This document shows positions 1-11,686 of a stretch of DNA of 64,000 nt, piece by piece (position 1 is the first letter of the stretch; each line of letters starts with the position of its first letter). Source of the stretch: Cirrosporium novae-zelandiae (Eukaryota). The notes beneath the pieces are model-generated. The model had not been told where the DNA came from. It saw nothing but the letters and a program-made list of their open reading frames with translations, and did no database searches. The stretch is from contig JAPETS010000009.1 in NCBI GenBank assembly GCA_026023565.1, positions 62,001-126,000 on the forward strand. The letters are read 5' to 3'. Both the position numbers and the translations under genes were made by a program.

Positions 1-654
1 ATGGATAAACTAGGTTCTTTCTTTTTTTCTCGTCTGTTTAGGGAGAGAAAAGAAAGAGGGAAACTTGTGGATATCTCATGTATATAACTTGCAACTTAAT
101 ACCCTTATTCGAAATATAATTCCTACCTAGCTGGGTTTATACCAACTTGACTTTTCGTACATGCTTGTTCGTGTACTTCTTAGGCGTGTAAGCAAATATT
201 GGCTAGAATACTGAAGTAGTTGAGATGTCTTGGGGTTTACTGTGTCCTGTATTATCTTTGCATGTCAGGAATCTGGATGGTGTAGGACTGTAAATTTAAA
301 TTCCCGAGGATAAGAAAAATTTTACCGTCTATTAATTTTTGGTCGGTTGTTTTAGCTGCTGCTTGATTTGATAAGCTCTTGACGCTTCTGTCATCTTACT
401 TCTTTGGGATTGTCCATAAAATAATCCGTTGACGCATTTTCATTCGTTTCATATCATCATTATTAACAGTAGCCCGGAATTTTCCAAAAGGGTTGTGGAA
501 TATTCAATCTATCAGTCACGCAGTTTGGAACGCCTTATCGCGTATATCTCTTATTTCCCTTGACAAAAATCACCAACTCAGGATCATAAGTTGTAGCTGA
601 AAGTTCTTCTCGACCTGAGCATACACGCGCAATTTACTTAAATTAGTAGTATCT

Positions 655-1524
655 TCATCTCAATGCAGGAAAATAGTTTTGCTTGATGAATCCCTTCTTA
701 TTCTTCTTTGTCTTAGTTCCAGGCTTCTCACGAAGCCCAAACATGACCCATTGCCCTGGCCTATGTCCAAAACGAGCGTGAGTATCCTCAGCTGTAGGTA
801 CATGTGAAGATCGTTTGGTGAAGCGGCGGAAGAACTCATTGAGAATACTAGTCCTGGTTCTCTTGATCTCGGTGGATCCAGATGAGGTTGATGGTAAGGA
901 TTCACAAGTATTGTCGATGATTTTGGTTGAGATGGCGGATTGAATATGAAGAAGAGATTTGGCCGTAGGTTCTAATGCTGGGAGATAAAGGCTGGTCCAG
1001 GGGTTTTGATGAAGTTCGTCGTAGATGCTGCTTAGTGTAGGGAGGTTAGTGATGGTAAGCGTGGCTGTCTCGATTGAAGAGGGAGCGAGACACGTTGAAT
1101 CAGAGCTTGATGAGGTCGAGGACTCGGAAGAGATACTTTCAGTCGATGATCCAATCGTAAGATTCTTTTCCGTGACCTTTGAAGAGCAGACGGATATGGA
1201 CCTAGAAAGCATCCCTCGAATAGGCGCGCAGATATCTTGCCAGACGTCAATATCATAGAAACTTGGAGGTGCAAGTGTCTCTAGGAACGAGCACCTGTAG
1301 CCTCCTGATAGGACCTCTTTTGCATGTTCCTCGAGAGGATTATCTATTTCCTTCCAACTGCAAAGGATCAATCCGCATTTTGGACATTTGGCGCCATCGT
1401 CACATACATGAGACCAATGAATAAACCCAGCGACAGCCATAGATTCCCTGGCTGGTTCTCTGTGAGGCCATTGGGAGAAGGTTGAGAGGCGTAGTTTGTA
1501 GTGTATGAAATCGATACTTTCCAT
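655..1524 (-). CDS. Intronless single-BIR-domain (IAP-repeat) protein with Ser/Thr-rich linker and basic C-terminus
   Basis: RLSTFSQWPH...MAVAGF...CPKC-x16-H-x10-C(SFL) matches the BIR zinc-binding signature. First ATG is at 1524 (the ORF track starts at a non-ATG codon, 1542). Confidence 0.75.
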   Translation of the reverse strand: MESIDFIHYKLRLSTFSQWPHREPARESMAVAGFIHWSHVCDDGAKCPKCGLILCSWKEIDNPLEEHAKEVLSGGYRCSFLETLAPPSFYDIDVWQDICAPIRGMLSRSISVCSSKVTEKNLTIGSSTESISSESSTSSSSDSTCLAPSSIETATLTITNLPTLSSIYDELHQNPWTSLYLPALEPTAKSLLHIQSAISTKIIDNTCESLPSTSSGSTEIKRTRTSILNEFFRRFTKRSSHVPTAEDTHARFGHRPGQWVMFGLREKPGTKTKKNKKGFIKQNYFPALR

Positions 1525-2266
1525 GCCGTAACGTTGACACACGGTATATAAGGTTGGTTGGACGCGTAGAGGGTGCCTCGAGCTTGATAGTGGCTAGTTA
1601 TATAGTCAGCTTTCCTGTTGAAAATATAAGACAGGTTGAATAAATACCTTGAAAGAATTGCCAAGATCGAATAGCAGAACTGCCTATACGGTCTCATGCA
1701 GGAGTGGTGTCTTGAGCTCAAAGTTTTCTGACAGTTGATTCTTTATGGATGCCATCTGAAGGAACTTGAAGACACTTAGGTCCTGAGACTGTCGTGTCAG
1801 GTTCCCATTGACAGTGGGCCTAGTAAAGCGTATGCCGAGAGCAGTGGCCAACACAACGGTCTTTGTTCTATAGGGTCACTCATAGCCTTTGCGTTAGCTA
1901 CTAGATTAGCACAAATAACGGTTATGATTGCGATATTTTAATCTTTTACTGTCAGTTGGAGTGTTGGCAATGGTCACAATGAGCAAGCGGGCCATAGACA
2001 GAAATGTTCAACAGTGTATTGAAGGTAGAGGGCAATTAACCAAAACTGGTGCTGATATTCAACACTCATTCTGTGTGAAGATATTTCCAGCGTAGCAATA
2101 GGTAATAATAGGCATCATATGCTGAAAGCCAGCATTAATCCAGGATTCGATTACGTAGATCTCATCGTCACAAGGTTTCCCTGAGCCAGTTGTACAATGC
2201 AGTACAAGATCACGTGGTTTAGGAACATCATGCATCCCCCTGAAAATCATAAAGGTGCAGTCGCTT

Positions 2267-2468
2267 AAAAATGAAAGCAACTACGAAGTATCTAAATCTA
2301 GAAAAGTGACCTTAGGGAAGCCTTCAAACAAAATCAATTTTTAATAAAAATTCGATTTGAAGGTCTCCCCAAAGTCTAAAGAGCAAAAATCTGTTGCGGA
2401 TATGTGAAAACTGATTTTGTTTGAAGGCTCCCCAACGTCACTTTTCTGGGTCTGATCGCTTTCATTTT
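2267..2468. mobile_element. MITE-like element with long imperfect terminal inverted repeats
   Basis: 2300-2342 AGAAAAGTGACCTTAGGGAAGCCTTCAAACAAAATCAATTTT is the near reverse complement of 2407-2447 AAAACTGATTTTGTTTGAAGGCTCCCCAACGTCACTTTTCT. An outer AAAATGAAAGC / GCTTTCATTTT pair extends it, and there is an internal partial copy at ~2356-2376. No coding capacity and no clear TSD. Confidence 0.55.
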
Positions 2469-2841
2469 CCCTTTTATCGAAAGGTATAATGCATCATCAA
2501 TCAAACATGCGAACCACCCTCAGGCTGCATCTAAGCCACATACCAAGATGTTCTGTACGACATATACATCTTGAATTGAGGATTAAACTCAAGAATTACT
2601 AATCATTATTGCTGCCTTGGGGCTGTGCGTCCAAGTATCATCATAGTGTATCCTACTCAACATAAACAAGAAATTTCCACCTTTATTGCAAAGCATTGTT
2701 TACTCATTGTTTTCTAGCTTTATCTTTCAAACCCCAATCTCATACTATCTCTTGACCCTCATTGACTATTTTTTTTGGCGAAATCCATTGTCATCTTCTA
2801 ATCTAAGATTTATTAGGTGACATTCAAATCATTAGCCAACT

Positions 2842-5800
2842 ATGAATGAAGCAGATGAGGTAGGACGGGTGTTTCAAGAAGCCCATAAAAAATTTCTCGA
2901 TTCGATAGCGGAAGATGAACGTAGCAAATTTTCCAAATGTTCATCCGCAGAAGACCTTCTCGCCGACGTCTCACGATTATTAGCAATATTAAAGGAGAAA
3001 CGGCGAGGTAAGAGAATGTTGAAGCAGATCAAACACCTGAGCGACAGTCTCCAGCCATATTTTAAAGTGATCGAAATCTTTGTGCAATGCAAACCAGAAT
3101 GGATTTCCCTAGCGTGGGGGGCCTTTCGCCTTGTTCTCTTGGTATGGATATCCTTTCAATATCCTTTTCTCTGAATAAGGCATTTCTAAACGATACCTTC
3201 TTGGTACAAATTGCGTCGAATTTTATCACCTTCTTTGAGAAGTTAGTCAACTATGTCGAACGGATCTCTTTATCATTGCCTCAATGTCAGGATGCTCTTC
3301 AACTGTCACAGGGAGATACCTCCCCAAGATTAAAACAGTCTCTTGTTAGGGTATATACCGATTTGTTCGAGTTTTTCAGAATTGCTGCAGGCGTCTTTAC
3401 AAAAAAAAAAAACGGCAGTAAGTATATTCTTTGGGAGAGAGATGATTGAATATCTTTTGACTCTGTCAGAAATTAAGAGGGCACCTGCCATCATTGGAGA
3501 TCTGTTTTGGAAGCCATTCGATGTTCGTTTTGGAGAAGTCTTGCCCGGATGGAATTTAATAAAAAATTGGTCGATGACGAGTTACTGCTTGATCAGTGCC
3601 GACAATCTAACGATGCCAGAAGGGCTTCATTCGAGGAACACTGCAAGAACGAATGTGCAAGACAAAAAGCTATAGAAGCCGCCCAGGAAGGGCATGAGCT
3701 ATTAGCAGAAGTGAAGAGAGCATTCGAAGAAGAACAACTAGGTTCGTTGGACTCATGGGTACTTGATTGCACCTATGGAAAATTATTAACTGTTCAAATT
3801 TAAAATTGCAGACCGAGTATACCATCGATTGCGGTCCTGGGTTTCTCCGCCAGCTTTCATGCAAGAATTTGAACGGGCGCAGGATCTTCGTGACGAAGGT
3901 ACAGCAATGTGGCTTTTCAATACACCTAGGTTCCATTCGTGGAACTCACCCTGCAAAGATTGCAATGGCAATAGAGATAAAGAGGCTTTCCTCTGGGTCC
4001 ATGGTTCTCTCTATTTCCTCTTGAACCAGACAGAATATTTTCTGACATACAATAGGGAATCCAGGCTGTGGGGAAACAGTACTTGCAGCATCTGCAATAG
4101 AGAAATTGAGAGACTCTGGAAATCGCAAAGAAAGATCAGATCGTATGGTCTGCTACTTTTTCTTTAATCAAAATTCGTCTGAGCAATTCTCTAGCTTTGC
4201 TGCATATAGGGCCTTCCTTTCACAGATACTCCAACGCTTTCGAAAGGATGACACCATTCGTACTAGAATTTCCTTTGCTATGACCCAAGAATCTGAAGGT
4301 CAGATTACTGCATCCAGAGCAGAAACATTTGGTCTCCTTCAGCTCTGTTTGCAAGACATCCAAAATGCTTTCTTGGTTTTGGATGCGGTCGACGAATGCG
4401 AAGACAATGGTGATCTTGTCAATGATCTTAAACGATTAAGTCAGATCTCGACTGTGCATATCTTGCTCTTCAGCCGTCCAGTTGTGGAAGTCCTTCACCG
4501 AGCAATATCTACTGCGGGACGTTATGTTATTGAGAAGCACTCGGTCAATCAAGACATCAAAGTATATCTTCAAAACAGAGTACAACTACTGAAAAGCGAT
4601 CAGCTTCTACCTCAATATTGTGATATCGCCCAGCTTGTTGCTCGCCTGCTTCAAGGTGCTGATGGGATGTTTCTTTGGGCACGTCTAATGATAGCCTATC
4701 TCAACTCTCCTATTTTATCCTCGGCGGAACGAATTGATCCCACTCAGCAGATCAATTTACCAGAGGGTTTAGAGCAAATGTACTGCAAAATGGAAAGTTT
4801 GGTGGGGAGAAGCTACGTAGCAGAGCAAAATATGGCCCGACGCGCTTTCCTATGGCTCAACTATTCAGATGCTACCCTTACATGCCAGCAACTTCACCTG
4901 GCTATGGCTTCCGAGTCAAACCACGCTGAAAATAGGCCATTCAAAGAGTTCTCTCATGCCATTGTCATGGCTTGTGCCGGTCTTGTTGAAGTGTATCCTC
5001 TAATTGATGATGACATAGGATCCAAATGTGTTTTCCGTTATATCCATATCTCAGTGAAGGACTATCTCCGGACCCCGGGAAAACAGGCTGGAGACAGCCA
5101 AACACAAGAGGCACCAATATTTTTCACTAAAATTCAAGCTAACCTTCAGATCGCGAGGAGCTATCTAGCTTATTCAATATTTCAAATGCCTGCCCAGCCA
5201 CTATCGGGAATTCTAGGCAAGGAGGCTCGGCATGAAGAGTTAACTGCATCTTTTCCATTGCTTCAATTAGCTTCAACTACTTGGATCACGTACCTCTGCA
5301 GGTATCCTCGTTGGGCATATCTTTCCTCCAAAGATCGCTTAATTAGCAAGCTATTCGAAGAGTTTATGTCAATGCTTGAAAGGTTTATGTCACTGAAATT
5401 TGTGGTGATGGCATGGATTGAAGCATGGTATACGCTCTCTCTAGCTATTAACTTTCCTTCATTCGCCGAGTTGAGAGGTTGGGTGGATAGTTGCAAACAG
5501 TCAAGTACAGAACGCCAAAACGTCTACCGAGATCTTTCAGATTTCAGCGCCGATCTCGACATGATACATAATTCATGGCGGACAACTCTTTTCCAAAGAC
5601 CTCACGAGATCTGGGGAGATGTTACTGCATTTTCCCAAAGCCGGTTCTTTGCTCGAACCTCTACTCTACGTGTAACCTCATTCCCTCCGACCAAATCTAA
5701 AAAAGAACAAAGCTCGCAGCCTCTAGCGACCATATCCAAAGTTGAGCCGAATGGCAAAGAAATTGGGGTTCTTTCCGCGTGGCCGTCCTTGTAAGTCAGG

Positions 5801-7453
5801 TTTTAAGATTCATGGCTGGATTCACTGTTAACTAAACCTAGCGCATATGAACAACTTTGTCGAGACACGAGGAGCTACTCCTCGCCGTCCGAAATATATC
5901 ACGTATGCGCTTAGTGGGAACTACGATATAAGATATCGCAGACCGATAGAGAGCAAAGATTCATTGCCGCTGTAACGATCCCGCTTGAGGAATTCGAAAT
6001 ATGGCTACTTCTCTGGCAGGCATTACAACCTAAAACTTGGAAGTTAATATTTCCGATGACCATCAGCAATGATCTTTTAAAGTTTACCGCCATGAGAAAT
6101 ATCTTTATGTTGAGGCGCGAGCAGTTTGATCCAGTGCGAGAGATCAACTATACTTCTCTGACCCTGCCATTAGATTTTGATGAACATTTAAGGTCTAACT
6201 GGTCTGATGCAAGGACGGGATCTCAATTCCTCCACGAAAGATCTTTCCCGCTTTTCCCTGGACTTGTTTGCCCTGACCTTTATGAGTATGGCATTTTGAT
6301 AAGTCCTAATGGTCAATTCGTTCTCTTTTACGACGATGACCATAGCCTCCGCCCCTATAACTCTCGCTTTGAACCAGTTTTCATTAAATCATACTTTGGA
6401 GCAATTCTCGATAACCTTTCTTTTCTCGCCGTTTATCAGCTCAACACCGACACTCCGAGCTGTGGAAGCCGGCTCGTTAATAGCCTTCCAATACATTCCG
6501 AGAAAGGTTTCTGCAGACGAAAGTGTTTTTTTCACCCATTCGGTCCCGTGATTGGTTTCATCCAAAATTCAACCGTCCAATTATGGAACTTCAAAACAGG
6601 TAAGCATAGATGAATGCAACGATCTAAAGCAAACCGTCTTTATACTAACATCAGTACAGAGTTTATCTGCCAGGTTTATGAAAAATATCTCTTCGAATAC
6701 ATAATGAGCAGAGACTTTTCAGCCTGCGGAAAATATATTGTCATCAACATAACCGGGAGCAGGCCGCCCGTTACTATTCCAGTAGACCATTATATTCTAG
6801 GCGACGAAACAGAACATGTCTCAAACCTTGCTCAAACTATCTCTACAGCCTCCCAAAGCTTAGACCCCAAGCCGGAAATATCACGTTTGACCGACAGCAG
6901 TAGGTGTGATGCCCTTGCTCTGCTAGCTAGCCAAACATTGTCTACCAGAGATAACACTGTCATCCACGGACAAAATCAGGAGGTACTCATCAACAACCCC
7001 CAACTAAATAGTATCGACCTAAAACACCCAACGGACGCGATTTCCCCCCTAAGGCTTCCACGAGAAATACGAGGAGCAGATACTACAACCATAGCCCGAT
7101 TCCCAGAATCCATACATGAAAATATTAAAATCACTGTGAATGCAGCCGCAAAGCCATTTTATCAAATAACAGAACGTCCCAATTCATTGCTGCCAGCCCT
7201 CGTCGAACGGGACCCGCGAAGTCTCCTGCTTGAACAAGGGGCGGCTGGACCGGCCTCATCTTCTTTGATAAATCAGAAGGAGGAACCCCTCCAGAAACTT
7301 CTAGACAAGCTTCCGCTACTCTACGAAGACACCCTTGACCCTCTCACATCCTTGGATACTGGGCAGAAGGAATTAGAAACTGGACTTGGCTTTGAGAGAT
7401 ATCAGCTTATATCTGGGCAAGGCAATAGTCACGATACAGAGGAAGACTTCTGA
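2842..7453 (+). pseudogene. Fungal NLR-like STAND gene (N-terminal helical domain + NACHT + degenerate WD40-like C-terminus), disrupted
   Basis: Spliced reading gives PEWISLAWGAFRLVL, GTAMWLF, LWVHGNPGCGETVLAA (Walker A), VCYFFF, FLVLDAVDEC (Walker B), ILLFSRP, ADGMFLWARL, LPEGLEQMY and YIHISVKDYL. WD-like remnants follow (ISPNGQF, TVQLWNF, FSACGKY). Lesions: frameshift ~3541, Walker A K->E at 4073-4075, in-frame TAG at 5912-5914, probable dead acceptor at 3207-3209. Confidence 0.8.
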
Positions 7454-8158
7454 GAAGAGTTCTTCTCCGAGCCTACTACTATCTGACTTCCCAATCGTAG
7501 CCTTTCCCGCAAACGTACCCATGCCCACTCCTATTACCCTACACATTGATAAAATTCACAAGCGTAATATTCCGATTTTAATTTTGTTTTTTTTTGTTTC
7601 TTTCTTTCGGGATTTTTTTGAATATCAACAATATGAAATAACTACATGAACTAGGTACTTATTCGGCGTTATTAAGTTTTTTTTTCTTACCCGAAGAGGG
7701 TACCCCCTGTATAAGACAGTCGTGGTTGGGGGGCTTTTTTTCAATGTTGAATTAAATCAAACCAAAACCAAAAACACATGAATTATCCCCCATATAATCA
7801 TAATCACATAAAATTCTATTTTTCTCCATTCCAAATAATAACCTACATATGTTAGGGCATGCCAAGCACTACGTCTATGTGCTTACGAAGCGCTCGCTTG
7901 GCGCCTAAGTAATCCTAAAAAGAAGAACGCTACCCCACGTATTATGGGGGCAGCGTTCAACTTTTGCATCTACCTCGGAGGGCACTCCTAAAGCTATCAT
8001 CATTCTGGCGTCTCGAATGCGAACCCTATAGTATTCTAGTTAGTTGCCCACTACTTAGATAGTTATCCTATCACACAGCCTGAATTAGGCGCTGCCCTTA
8101 CACAGGCAAGTTTCTAAAGGCCGGTCTTAACATTCTATTTGCGGTATACAAAGGGTAA

Positions 8159-9056
8159 TCATAGAATCGGGTCACCTCTCATATCAACCATTATCTCCCT
8201 TCCCGAACCAAGACGTTTTGTGATACGCCGGTTCATAGGCCCAAACGTTGCCTCGTGCTTTCGCCCAAAATGAATACTAAACCATTCCACCACGTTCTCA
8301 TCTAGACACCCATCAACGCATGCGTTATTAATATCCAGATATCCAACCATCATAGATATCCATGCCCTTAGTTCTTCCCCCCATAGAGTGATTGCTGTAT
8401 TGTTTTCATCGTCTAAAGCAGCTTTCATGAAACTATATACTAGTATATTCTCGTGTGGATAGGATAAATTGTCGTAAACGTCATATTGGTTTATTATTGG
8501 GGATTCGCCAAATAAAGAAATTGAAGTAACAATCTTTGTTTCAGAAGATACGATAGTAACCGGTTCTATCGGTAGATGTGCAAAAGAATTTGGAATCAAA
8601 ATTAATTGCTCTTTATTTTCGTAATAGTCTGGATAGTTGAATGTTGTCGTTGACTGATCTAGCTTTTTATAATTTCTATTGATCTCGTCCAGCACAGCCT
8701 GAGGATCTGGCAAAGTTTCTAGGATCTCGGGAGGAGGGCTACGGCAAGGCGCAGTTTCCAGAAATCCTGAATTGTGTAATTTTTGGATTGACGATTCGTA
8801 GTCCTCGTTTCGAACCACAATTATGTGAATCTGAAAATTCCCGTACACGATTAGCAGGTTGCCACAAATAAACCGTCCTTCGTCGTCACCCCAAATAAGA
8901 GATGACCAAAAAAGTAGAACTTACCCCGACCACGATTGGCACGCCCAAATAATTCAGTGCCAAAGGACCCCACATCAATACAGGAAAAGGCTCCAAGATC
9001 TGAGCAAGCCGTGATGCTGCCTGACTTGGTGCGCTTTCACGTGGACGTCTGAACAT
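8159..9056 (-). CDS. Two-exon hypothetical protein (~267 aa), possibly a degenerate nucleotidyltransferase-like fold
   Basis: ATG at 9056. A GTAAGT...CTAAT...TTTCAG intron at 8831-8924 joins ...WGPLALNYLGVPIVVG to IHIIVVRNEDY... in frame, with the stop at 8159. Confidence 0.7.
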
Positions 9057-9401
9057 TTTTTTCTTTTGTTGAGATATGTGTAAGAATATTTTCCTTCTCG
9101 TCCCCAGAAATAGAATAATATGCCTGAGATTGTTTGGAGGAAATAGTTTTGTGAATGTTGCGTTGATGGCAGAGATAGAAAGGTGCTGTCGGATGAGAAG
9201 ACAGTGTTGTCGATGGACCAGACTAAATAGACGGTCTACCATAGGCGGTCTATAAACCTTAGACCGACCAGACCTTGATTATCCAAGGTCTATTTGGTCT
9301 ATATAAATGCGAATTATAAAGTAGGGGGGCATATTTTTGTGGAGGGGGTTTCCAGCGGGGAAAAAGGGCTTTTGCGGGGGGGGGAATTAATGACCCCGAG
9401 C

Positions 9402-9660
9402 TAGGCTGGCCGAAAGTGTCGGGTATTCACTAGTGTCGACCCTACACTTTTAGGGTAGTGTTGATTTTTTTCTACACTACTCTGACCCTGAAATAATTCA
9501 GGGTTTTTATTTTTTTTAATATATAATAAAATTATATAAATTCAGACCGATTTTTTTTTTTTTAAAAAAAATAGTGTCAGGGTTTTACCCTGAAAATTTG
9601 GGGTAGGGTAGTGTCGAGTGTTGAAAAAAGTCACCACTACCCGACACTACGGCCACCCTA
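9402..9660. mobile_element. Non-autonomous hAT-like MITE (259 bp)
   Basis: Left end TAGGCTGGCCGAAAGTGTCGGGTA; right end reverse complement TAGGGTGGCCGTAGTGTCGGGTA. Internal TAGTGTC / GACACTA and ACCCTGA / TCAGGGT motifs are repeated around an AT-rich core. No 8-bp TSD recognisable. Confidence 0.65.
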
Positions 9661-10107
9661 GAAGTAAGAGGGTAAGAAGGACTTTTTGTTGGGATGGATG
9701 GGGGATATGGGATGGAATGGGATGGGAGGATGGATGGACATGGGATGGATATGTGATGGGATGTGGTAGAGGATATGGCAGGGAATGGATGGATGATTGT
9801 GTTATATGATATTATCGTTATCGTTATTGTTATATATTCATCTCAAAAACTAAACTGATCCTATACATATAGATATACACACACGCCCCTCCTCTCCCAC
9901 TACTATCAACAAAAATCCTCCATGAGACTACTTAGTAGCAGCCAAACATGCCCCCACCACCAAACACCCAAACCAAACACTCAAAAAACACCTGTTTCCA
10001 TGCCCATTCATATACCACTTGAATGCGGTGTTTTGTTTTTGTTTTCTTTTTGCAAATAGATGACTATAATATCATATTATATATCGTATATCATACCATC
10101 ATCATGA

Positions 10108-11686
10108 TTAAGCCGTGGGGTAAAGAATCACCCTGCGATAAGCGGGCATGGTACCATCGGTGACAGTTAGGATGATGTGGAGGGTCTAATAAAAAGGGAA
10201 GGAGAGGAATATTAGCTTTGATGTTTTTTTTGTTGGGGGGTGGGGATGGGAATGAAGGATGAAAGGGAAAGAAAAGAAGAAGGGTATCACTTACATCGTT
10301 CATTAGCGGTATAACCTCGACCTTGCTTCCCTGATCATTAAGCGCATTAAAGGTAACGTTCTTCGAAACGGTATCCTGCTCCCCGTACGGGAATGTCGTA
10401 GTGCTAGATGGAATGACATCGCGATAATGTTCCCATTTGAACGTGAGCTCGTCATCATCCGGATCCCAGCTGCTGCTTGCATCCAGCGTTATGTTATCGC
10501 CGTATTTGTAGGTCAATTGGTATGACTTGGGGCCGCAGGTGTCGTTTAGGATGGCAACGGGCTCGTGGTTCGTGGAGGAGTAGTCGGAATTGATGGTCCA
10601 CTGCATGCGCTGGGCGAAGTCAAGCTGGAAGGCTTCCCTCCATCTCCAGATGGAAGCTTGGGGGCTCAGGTATTCGTTGCCGTCGACGCCTTCGGCGATA
10701 TCGACGACGTCTCCAAAGACTTGGGAGTTCTGGCGCGAGAGATCGTCGGGCCTGTAGCGGCCGCCCCAGCTGCCCCATTCGGGATGCTCGGGGTCGCCGA
10801 GGCCGTTGGGGATGAGGTACAGGAAGCTTGGGGTGTCGCCTTCCATGATGTACGAGTAGTTGAGGTAGTAGCTGCCGAGCTCTCCGACACGGATGTTTGT
10901 TTCTAGCCAGCTGTTGGTGACGATGGTGGTGTTGGGCCCGCCGAGGTCGAAGCGGTAGTATTCCTCCCCTGAGATGCCGGTCCAGGTTGCCGAGCGGTAT
11001 GAGTTGAATCCATGTAGGGAGACGATGTACCAGATGGATGGGAAATTGACACGGATCCAGGGGCCGGAGTTGTCTTGGTCCGAGATGGAGTAGATGCGCA
11101 TTTTTGAGACGAAGGTGGCCACCTGGGTAGTCGTGCGGTGAGATTGGACGTGGTTGAGGGCTTCAGCGATCACGTTCGCGCCTCCCCAGACGGTGATATA
11201 GAGCGGTTCGTCGGATGCATCGACGGATTTGATGAGGGCGCTTGCGGCAGAACTCAAGGTTGAGTTCTTTAGGGCCTCGAGACCGTAGACAGCCTTGCCG
11301 TGGTAGACTTTGCTGAGCAGCTCCTTTTGGGTCGGATATTGCCCGGCGCTTGGGACATTGCTGTTCAAGTTGCCCACAACCTTTCCATAAGCTTTGATGA
11401 CCTCGCGAATTGTAGGCGTGTCAACCGTGTCATTAAGCCAGACAGACGTCACGGCAGATATCCCTTCCACCTGAAACTCGTTAGAGTAGGTCAGGAAACG
11501 GACCAGTGACATCTGATCATCGGGCTCATTGCTGATATCAGTGAGGACAAAGACCCGAGGCTTCGAGGAGTATTTTGCAACCGCGCATTGTTCGGCACGT
11601 TTGGCTACCGGTGCGGCGTAGGAGGATAGAGAAAGAAGCCCAGTGACAAGTGTGGTGCAAAGCCACAAAGGCTGTAGAAGGAACAT
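10108..11686 (-). CDS. Secreted DUF1593 (Sde182-like, nucleoside-hydrolase-like) protein
   Basis: Signal peptide, then KPRVFVLTDISNEPDDQMSLVRFL, WGGANVIAEAL, ISDQDNSGPWIR, MEGDTPSFL, SWGGRY and LDASSSWDPDDDELTFKWEHY. A 3' intron (~10186-10294) gives terminal exon TLHIILTVTDGTMPAYRRVILYPTA* ending at 10108. Confidence 0.85.

Noticed and set aside
10091..10294. ORF-track C-terminus of the DUF1593 protein (…PFHPSFPSPPPNKK…)
   Set aside because: This is read-through of an intron. The spliced terminal exon ends at 10108 in another frame.
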